A stretch of DNA of 64,000 nucleotides, taken from the NCBI RefSeq assembly GCF_009914755.1, contig NC_060945.1; one strand, given 5' to 3'. Origin of the DNA: the human T2T-CHM13v2.0 reference genome, Homo sapiens. Below, piece after piece: positions 53,807 to 64,000 of this stretch; the stretch's first letter is position 1, and each line of letters starts with the position of its first letter. Under the pieces are notes generated by a model. That model made no database searches and was not told the origin of the DNA. It worked only from the letters and a program-made list of their open reading frames with translations. Made by a program: the position numbers and the translations under genes.

Positions 53807-54571
53807 ATGAAAAAATGCTCAACATCACTAATGATCAGGGAAATGCAAATTAAAACCACATTGCAATACCACCTCACTCATGAAGAATGGCCATAACCAA
53901 AAAATCAAAAAATAATAGATGTTGGCAGGGATGCAGTTAAAAGGGAACACTTTTACACTGCTGGTGGGAATGCAAACTGGTACAACCACTATGGAAAACA
54001 GTGTGGAGATTCTTTAAAGAACTAAAAGTAGAACTACCATTTGATCCAGCAGTCCCACTACTGTGTATCTACCCAAAGGAAAAGAAGTCATTATACAAAA
54101 AAGATACTTGCACACATATGTTTATAGCAGCACAATTTACAATTGCAAAAATATGGAACCAGCGTAAATGCCCATCAATCAGTGGGTGAATAAAGGCATT
54201 GTTTTATATATATACACCATGGAATACTATTCAGCCATTAAAAAAATGAAATAATGCATTTGTAGCAACCTGGATGGAATTGGAGACCATTATTTTAAGT
54301 GAAGTAACTCAGGAACGGAAAACCAAACATTGTATGTTCTCACTCATAAGTGGGAGCTAAGCTATGAGGATGCAAAGACGTAAGAATGATACAATGGACT
54401 TTGGGCACTTGGGGGGAAAGGGTGAGAGGGGAATGAGTGACAAAAGACTACAAATTAGGTACAGTATATACTGTTTGGGTGATGGGTGCACCACAGTCTC
54501 ACAAACCACCAGTAAAAAACTTATGTAACCAAACACCACCTGTTCCAAAAACCTATGGAAATTAAAGGAAA
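53807..54571 (+). mobile_element. L1PB1-like 5'-truncated insertion (ORF2 end plus 3' UTR) in an L2 tail
   Basis: ORF 54001-54189 ([20 protein letters not shown]) is the L1 ORF2 C-terminus; TSD AATTGCTTGTTGAATGAA at 53754-53771 and 54572-54589. Confidence 0.93.
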
Positions 54572-55068
54572 AATTGCTTGTTGAATGAATAAATGAGTGA
54601 TTTTTTTGTTTGTTTTCTAAAGGTATAGGCTGGAGGTCAGGAACCAATTATATTTTCTGGGTATTTTTCTGTGCATCTAACATGATGCTAAGTATATGGA
54701 AAACACTACTGTAGATTATTAGAATAAATAAATGTATGAATTCTGTTTCTATGGGTGAATGAATGTGTCTGTGTGTGTGAGAAAGACAAAGACAGATAAA
54801 GGCAGGAGGAATTACTTGTTCACCCTTGGAGAAGGTAATACAACATTCAAAATGACAAGCTTTCTTCTAGAAGATTAAATGCCAGCATACTATGATTAAA
54901 CTCTTTGTTTTCTTTTATAAGATACTTAGATGAAAAAGTTAGTATTTCACTTATAAAAGTTAAGTTTTATATTTAACTTTTGGACATTTGCTGCCTATGT
55001 GTCTAATTTATTTTCCATTTTGTTGTCTGTTTTTCAAGATGTATATTTCAGAATAACATTTCCCATAA

Positions 55069-55342
<274 letters not shown>

Positions 55343-56361
55343 TAAACTTATATGTAACTGAACATAGTATTCAAATATTTGCCTTTTTTTCTATATAAAT
55401 GACTTATATGTTTCTGTAGGAGAAAGTGATTCTGACAAATCAGTGAAATGCATAAAGAAAGGACAAAGAGACAGGACATGTCACAAAAGATTTTTTTGCG
55501 CTACGTCACCTCTGTGGGTTTTAAGAGGTGAGTCAAAGTGCTTCAACTCTGTCCTCTACAGTAGTTGCAATGATAACTAATTCTCCCCAGGTTTGACAGC
55601 ACAAAAGCCCTCCCACAGGTACCCTGCTGTACCAATGGTGGCTTATCTCACTAGAAAGTTGCTCCTCTGTCAACATTGGGCGTCTCTGGAAGGAGAGTTG
55701 GACCACTCTTTCCTCACTTTTCTCTGTATGTCAAAACTGAACTTGATAATTTCAAAGCCCAGACTCTCCTTGCAGACCCATCCTCAACCAGGAAACTTCC
55801 AGGACTACATGTTGTCCAAGTAGTGAAAGTGCCCTATAACGGAAAAGAGCTGACAGCATATGCAAACGTGACAAAGCATAAGAGTTTTCCTGGTTAGTCA
55901 TTTGCTGGCTTTCACATGTTCATAATAAGCCTCATACCTTCACAGTGTGTGGTACAGAGTAGACACTCAAATATTTTTGTTGAATGAATGAAAGTATTAC
56001 ATGAGGCAGAAATTTGAGTAAGAATAGATGTATATGCAAACATTCTGTGGTCACTATTTGGTAGGAAAAGGGAAAAGTTAATCAGTATGTACCCACTATT
56101 CATCCAGCTCTGTTGGGTGGTGAATGACAGTGTACGGTTGCTGTATTAAATAACAGCAACAAGAAAACACAAGTAGTTTTTATTTTGGCATAAACTTCAT
56201 GTTACTTTCTAGTTGGTTAACTCAATGCCTTGCATCTGTTTTGTTAACATCTTCTTGAACACATTGTATTTTTCACATTTAATAGTGTCAAGGCTTTTCA
56301 CAGTAGGGCTTACATTTGATTTCGTCACACAATAGACAATTCCTAAGACAACCTATAATTC

Positions 56362-56384
56362 CAATCCATTAGGCTAATGGATTG
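56362..56384. repeat. 23-bp palindrome (11-bp arms, 1-nt spacer)
   Basis: CAATCCATTAG-G-CTAATGGATTG. Confidence 0.9.
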
Positions 56385-57324
56385 TAGCTGCTGTGAGCAG
56401 TGGGCCTGTAATCTTTTGATAATAAAGTCTAGTAAGACATAAAATATAAAAATAAATAAACTGAAAGGACTAGATTTAGCTGACATAAATATTTTCTTTT
56501 TTCCTTATAAAAGCCTAGTAAATAGTCACAGTCAACAGAATTTTTAGAATTACATATGGATACATATGAATAATTGCATCACACAATATTGACAAAGCTC
56601 CAAAAGTGATAAGTTTTTGTTTGGGAAGTCTTGGTAATGAAAATTCTTTACTTTCTTTTTTTCAATTTTTACTTTTAAAAGCCTATTATTATTACATGTC
56701 ATTGCTTATGTATTACAGCATTTATCATTATAGATTGTATTCAAGTGGATATTCTTAGACCACATTCTTGAGGCGTTATTAGTATAAGAACCTGCCTATG
56801 GGAGAAGTGGACCTACCATGAAAGAAGGTGAAGCATCATGGAAGAGAATTGGTATTTTACATTTAAATTTTTAATTTATCTGAGTCACTCCACTGAATTG
56901 CAGAAAAGCAAATATGTCCCCTTAAATCAATTTCATGGAGTTAAAAAAGAAATGTTCTTATAACATCTGGCTTCTGTTTTCAGAAAGCTGAAATTCTGTC
57001 TGTTGGAGAACATGGGGAGGAAATCTGGAACACCCAATCCAGCTGGTTTAGCCACCTAATGAACCATTCCATTAGTAACTAAAGATCTTTGCTTTGTTCA
57101 TGTTACCTGCATTAGAACCTGAACTCCTTCAAAGAAATTCTCTTTCTCTTGTTTCTATAGAAACAATGCTGCTAAAATATATTACATATCATTAATATTT
57201 TGAAGTCTATGATTAATAAATATGAAAAATAATTATTGATGTTCATTCTTAAAGCTTCACTGTAAACATAACTGTCTTCATGCTTCATCAATGTCCCTAT
57301 ATACCTCGCTTTTTTGATAATAAT

Positions 57325-57495
57325 GAAAAAGAAGTAGAGGTTGTAAAAGAAAGGTGAGGGTAGAAGAAAAGAGCAGAAAAGGGGAAAAAGGGATTGGAAA
57401 GGGGAAGAAGGAGAGGGCACAAGAGGAAAGGTAGTGGGAGAGGAGGAAAGAGAAGAGAGGAGGAAAGGAGAAAGTGGTTTCTGAGGGAAGGAGCA
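57325..57495. repeat. GA-rich low-complexity tract
   Basis: AAAAGAAGTAGAGG...GGAGAGGAGGAAAGAGAAGAGAGGAGGAAAGG. Confidence 0.8.
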
Positions 57496-58592
57496 TTGGA
57501 GGCCATGATTTTGACCCAAGGCTCATTTGCATACATACCATAAGGCCTTGGAGGCACGTGTCATCATTTAAAGGATGGAGGGGATGTCTTTATTACAAGG
57601 TCACTATGTATAGATGCAGTTGTGCAGTGAAAGTACTTAGATGTTGAGATGCCATAAATCTAATAGCCCCTCCCCGCACCAGGCTTAAGATGTATGTTTT
57701 GGTGAGAAATTTACTCCAAGCCAGGCTAATGAAGGGAAAGCTTAGAGTGAATGGGAAAGAGAATAACAGGAATGCCTCCTTGATCACCACACCAGATGTA
57801 CGATGCTGAGGAAGGCATGAGAAGCCTAGAAAAGAGCTTCTGAGACTCTCAGATGCTGGAAGGCATCACTGGAACAGCTTCCCTCCTCAGGAAGCCAGAG
57901 TCAGCAGTGCATTGTTTGGGCTCTGCTAGTTCCACATGAGCCAGGATAAGTAGCTTGGGAGGCGGCAGAGCTACAAGGTTTCCAGCACAAGTGGCTGCTG
58001 GTGGGGAACTCAGCTGGAACCACCATGACCAGCTCCCTGGCTAGAGAGTGCAAGTGACCTATGTCTTTGCCTGCAGCAGTTCCTGGGTATCAGGGAGACT
58101 GGCCCACTCCCTCAGCAACAGGTCAGAAAAGAACTCATCCTTGGAGGGAAGTTTCTAGGGAGGGAAGCCAATGAGGAGGGCCCTTATTTCTGTTTCTCCC
58201 TGGGTCTGCCCCTGGTGCTACATATCAGAGAAGAAAGACCCCCACGGGGTTGTGCAAAGAGGGCCAACAGAGCACCTCCAATTTATTCCAAGGGCAAATG
58301 GCTAGAGGCACAGACAAAAATGTTGGGCACCTGAGGGAAAAGGATTTAAGGCCAGAGTTTGGCTTCATTGATGTCTGGCCCTCTTCAGGCCGAAATTTGT
58401 GTACAGCTACTTCTAGCAGGGGTGAGATCACCAGGAGAAATGTCTGATGATGAAGTAGCCAGGCCCTCCCCAAATCCAGGAGCAATGTCTGCATGGGCCA
58501 GTTAGTGTGCAGGGTGGGAGGGGCAGAGCACAGTGTTCTCTTGGACAGCATTCTTTGCCACCCTCCTTACCCCCCAGCCACTTCTAACCAGG

Positions 58593-58976
58593 TGTATTAG
58601 TCCGTCCTCGCATTGGAATGAGGAACTACCTGAGACTGGGTAATTGATGGAGAAAAGAGGTTTGATTGACTTACAGTTCCGCAGGCTGTACAGGAAGCAT
58701 GACTGGGGAGGCCTCAGGAAACTTACAATCATAGCAGAAGGCCAAGGGGAAGCAGGCTCTTACATGCTGGGAGCAGGAGAGAGAGTGAAGGGGGAGGTGT
58801 TACACACTTTTAAACAACCAGATCTCATGAGAACTCAGTCACTATCGCCAGAACAGCAAGAGCAAAACCAGCACCCCCACAGTGATCCCATCACCTTGCA
58901 CCAGGACCCGCCTCTAACACTGAGGATTACCATTTGACATGAGATCTGGGAGAGGACACAGACTCAAACCATATCA
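58593..58976 (-). mobile_element. MSTA-like MaLR solo LTR
   Basis: TGTATTAGTCCGTCCTCGCATTG...GACTCAAACCATATCA; TSD CCAGG/CCTGG. Confidence 0.92.
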
Positions 58977-60728
58977 CCTGGGCTATGTTAGAATCACAGC
59001 ATGTTTCCTTGGAGCTCTTTAGAGCTCCAGGAATATGGGGCCTTCTCTCAATGAGTCAATCTGGAGTCATCATGATTGTCACAGCTAGAAAATGGATTTA
59101 GATTTGTCACTCTTTTGTTCAAATGTTTTGACAATCTAGAGACATATGTATTACCAAGGACAATACTTCCTTCAAATTTTCCTCAGTATCGCAAATAAAG
59201 CGTAATTTTTATTTAGCAGGCTTCCAGGAGAAGCTAATTCCCATATTAAAAATTAAAAACTGGTGGCTGTATCTATATGTAACAGTTAACTTTTTCCAAA
59301 ATCTTTTTATTTTAATATAGCTAATATTCATAACTTTCTACTTAATCCCTAAAAATAGATTATGTTTTTCCATGAAAGTTACATTTTTTTAACACCGAAC
59401 TGAATCCAATTATCTTTTGATGTCAGCCTGTGAGTAGCACAAAAATAAAATTACAATAACAATTGGAAGCTGATAAAAGTAAGAATCTTCAAAAATTAAC
59501 TTTTTGTTTCTAGTAAAGAAATCTTCAAGGATTTTAAAATAAACTTTTAATGGAACCCCTTGCACAGTATGTCTACTTGCGGGATATCATTTAGTTAAGT
59601 TAGTTTGAAGTAAATTTATTAAAAATATTGATTTGTTTTTATTATATTTCAAATTAAAATGATTACATAATAAAGTCACTTTCAGATACACATTAACTAT
59701 TTTTAATCTTTTAAATATGTTGTCATCAAATTCCTTTTAACGATAATAGGCTCTAATGGAAAAATATTACATCTATATTTCAAGTATGATCTACATTTTT
59801 TATAAAGAACTCTGAATCTTTTTTAATATAATAACCAAATCATTAGTAGCCTAATGATTGTCCAGAACAATAAAGCTAAATTGAAAAATACTTTTCCAAC
59901 TGACATGAATTTATACAATGAACTAAATCTTTAATGAAGTTTTCTGCAGTGATACAACTTAAAAACCATCTTAAAGTATTATATACTTGACACCAGAATC
60001 TTTTAACAATTTAAAAATACTCTCTTTAAAATGAGTTCTAACACCACCTGTACTGAGAGATACTGATTAGAGGAAGAAGAAAGTCACCTATGAATAAAAA
60101 TAGTTCAGAAGCCACTTTGCAAACATTTAGCAGTCTTTAAATTCTCTAGTCTTTTAAAAGGAGAAATAGGGATTCCATTGCATGTTATGCTACTATGGTT
60201 TTTTGTGTGTAGATGGAAGACATGAGCTATAATAATGGTTAAATATACTGTATATTGAATTACTCATCTCTAATGAGCTTAGAATAACACTTTTATGTGA
60301 GCACAAATTGTATATATCTAAATTTAATTATACATCATTGAAAGTATTTCACCTGGTTTGCCGTGAAATTCTTCACCTGTGTGAGCTTCTTCCTTCTCTT
60401 TTCCCTTTTTAGTTAACATGTTTTCTCTAAGTTCCAGAATCCAGAAATTGGTGCATAGTATAAAATCAACTGGTAAATTTTAACTTTAAATGTTGTTTCT
60501 GGATTATCTTTCTTAAGTACGTCAAAATCTACTCAAGTTAATACTAGGCTATCTTTAGAACTTGACTATAGGACACAGACTACAACATTCAACAGGAACA
60601 TGACCTTCCCCACTCCATTCTAATAGATGGATGAAGGGTCACAGATACTTATTATATTTATCCACATGAATTCCCATTTTAATTGAAAAGCAAATGCCTG
60701 AGAAAAGAGCTAGAAGGTTCTTATTTCT

Positions 60729-61044
<316 letters not shown>

Positions 61045-61624
61045 TAAATTATTTGTAATAAAAAGCTGTCTGATTTGGAAATAAACACTTTTAAAATGCA
61101 AAATTGTTTTGTTCATATCCTATGGCTGTCACGATTTATGTGGAGCTATTTAAACAATCGTCTTCTTCAAACGTATCTATATATTATGTTGAGGGAGGAC
61201 AATACCTTCTAGTGGAATCCATCAATAAATGTATTTCTCAGGCTTGTAACTAACATAATGTAACATTTCAGAATGTCTTTGTCCCCAGATGCTCTGCCAA
61301 TGGAATGCTCCCTGCTGCTAAAAGTTATGCTTTCCACCTCTTTTTATAACTTGTCTGGCAGACTTGGCATGAAGGTGACAACTTAAGCTAAAAATCTGTC
61401 AAAACAAAGAATAGCTAACAGGCATGTCTAAGGCTGATGTGAAAATGGAACACAAGCCAACTAGAATGAAATGTATGCTATATAGATGCTTGTTCAGAAA
61501 TAGGTACATCTGTGTTTACTGTAGTGAACACATATTTCTGGGCAACCATTTACTTTCCAGATCTACTGCAAGGTTCTCTGGATCCGTAGTGAAGACAGTC
61601 CCTGCCCTCAAGAACATAAACATA

Positions 61625-61885
61625 GGAACAGCTAACATTATTGAGCTCTCTCAGTGCTCCAGGAACTCTTCCAAATGCTTTCATATGTTACCTAATATTA
61701 AGATAATTAATCCTCACAATAAGGCTATGTGATAGGTGAATTATTGTACACATTTTGTAGATGAGAAAACCGAGGTACACAAAGTTAAAGGATCTTGCCC
61801 AGATTAGACAGATAGATACTAGGCTGTAGAGCCAGAGCTCACTTCCAAGCAGACCAACCCAGAGGCTCCACTCTTACCTACTCCT
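61625..61885 (-). mobile_element. MIR SINE, near full length
   Basis: TAATCCTCACAATAAGGCTATG...CATTTTGTAGATGAGAAAACCGAGGTACACAAAGTTAA. Confidence 0.85.
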
Positions 61886-62406
61886 CCATCCTGCCTCTTT
61901 TGCAATGTTATGAAGGAGATACATGGATAAATGCAAAATTCCAACATAGAGGTTAGAGTGTTAAAGTATAAAAAGAATATTTGTGGTTTTGTTGCACACT
62001 GTGTGGACGTGAAGGGGAGTATATTAAAAAAGGATTCTCGTACAACATAATGGAGCAGGAAAGTTTGTTCGTCCCAGGCAAACAGAAAAGTATCTGCAAT
62101 AGTGCTGAATATTTTGTAAATCACATTGTGTCCTAAATTAACTGAACTCGAGATTTCATTCATTTTAGAAAAGGTGGTAAATAGGGTGTTTTGAAACAAC
62201 ATTGTTGCTGTTTATTCTTCAATGAGTTGCTAACAAATTATTCCAAATGTATTGGTGTGATGATTAAGATTTATCACTTACAAACCAGGAATTCCCTAGA
62301 AATCAAAGAACAAGAGTATAACTGTGAAAAAAGAATCTCTCATTTGGCTATGTATGCCCTTGTGTGTCATATTCCTGGGCAACACACGGTTATAAAAATG
62401 GACTCA

Positions 62407-62751
<345 letters not shown>

Positions 62752-63129
62752 TTACCTCAATCAAAGGTTGTCCCTATTAGTGAGTGGAAACTAATTCTTC
62801 ACCCGTAACCACTATCTGTGTCCTGTCTCCTGAGTAACCCTCTAAGAACAGAACTACAGAAATCAGTCCTATGTCTTCCCTCTATGAGCCCAGTTCTCTG
62901 GCTAGCCCTTGTCTACCTGAATCCCACGTTAATTCTCCAACAAGAATAGAATCTGAAAAACTAAAATATTGGAAATCTTACCTAGTTTTTCCTCCTACAT
63001 CCCTCTGAAGCTGGATCCTTTAATGATCGATCACCTGAAAGAAATGTGATGTAGAAATATCACCAGAAAATATGAAATTTAAGATACAATGCACTTGCTA
63101 TGGCTAGATAGGTATATTGGTATAATCAC

Positions 63130-63740
63130 TTTCTAGAGCAATTTTACATCTACGACATTTGAAAATGCCCAAAGCTTATTCAGCAATTTCACTTCTAGGT
63201 ATGAAACCTGGAAAAGCTGTCAAGAGTTTGTGCATAATTGTATCATAATATTGTCATAAAATAATCTAAATGTCCATCAACACAGAAATGGATGAATAAA
63301 ATGCAGTATATTTATGTGGTGAAATAATATAAAGTTTAAATGGGAAAAACAAATCCATATGCATCAACTAGGTAGATATCCATATTATAATATTGAGTAA
63401 AACATTTATTTTCTGCTTAAGGACACTTATAGAAATGAAAAGGTAGTGTTATTATTTATGGATATATATGTATAATATATACATATACATCTATACCTTC
63501 AAATTTCTTTGAATACAAGAAGCTAGAATATGATGACGAAAATCAACTTCCAAACAGTTTTCCTTCTGGGAAAGGAGAGAGGAAAATTGGACTGGAGGAG
63601 GAACAAAGAAAAGTTAAAATATTATCTATAATTTTTTTTATAGAATTATTCTAAAGCAATTGTGATCAATCGTTAAAATTGATCATGATGACTTCATGGG
63701 TGTCTGTAATGTATATTACATTCTGTCTTTCTTTTTAAAA
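63130..63740 (+). mobile_element. L1ME-type 3' end
   Basis: CAGCAATTTCACTTCTAGG, CTAAATGTCCATCAACACAGAAATGGATGAATAAA. Confidence 0.7.
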
Positions 63741-64000
63741 TTAGAAAGGAAAGGCACACAGCCCAGTTTGAGGATAATGTTGAAGGCCTGGAATAGAGGG
63801 CTTGGGTTGCTTATGTTGGGAGCCATCTCTCCTCTTTTCTCCTTTGAACTCACATTGAATTTCCTCTACTTGTCTTTAATTCTGCATTGATTAGCCCAGT
63901 ACACCTTTTACTTTGTTTTCATTTTATCTCTAAAATAATTTTACGTAGTGAGAAAGGCAGGCATTACTATGGCATTAGTTTCCTTAATGCTAATAAAATG

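Noticed and set aside
53754-53820. Short direct repeats resembling a CRISPR array
   Set aside because: No unique spacers, eukaryotic context, and explained by TSD amplification.
54001-54189. ORF with clear protein similarity
   Set aside because: Fragment of L1 ORF2 in a 5'-truncated L1PB1, not a host gene.
61819-62202. 127-aa minus-strand ORF
   Set aside because: Partly overlaps MIR, no recognisable domain, non-ATG start.

Overview
This is catarrhine primate (probably human) genomic DNA: AT-rich, intergenic or deep intronic, and heavily occupied by transposable elements. I find no credible protein-coding gene; the ORF track reflects repeats or chance. Recognisable content: about 10 Alus plus FLAM/FRAM monomers, L1 remnants (L1M and L1PB1), L2/MIR, many MaLR solo LTRs (THE1, MST, MLT1), ERV1 LTRs (HERV-W LTR17, LTR8, MER57, truncated MER52), ERVL LTRs (MLT2A, MER21), and DNA transposons (Tigger3/Golem, MER58A, MER5). 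There are also two 'tailless' retropseudogenes (7SK and 5S rRNA). Family names come from recalled consensus sequences, so subfamily calls need RepeatMasker/Dfam confirmation. I see no convincing new multi-gene system. The most interesting signals are small: a perfect 21-bp shRNA-like hairpin, two different ERV1 LTRs in near-identical target sites, several templated-insertion/slippage scars, a young truncated AluY with ADAR-like A>G changes, and candidate + strand exons downstream of an LTR17 whose poly(A) signal is mutated.
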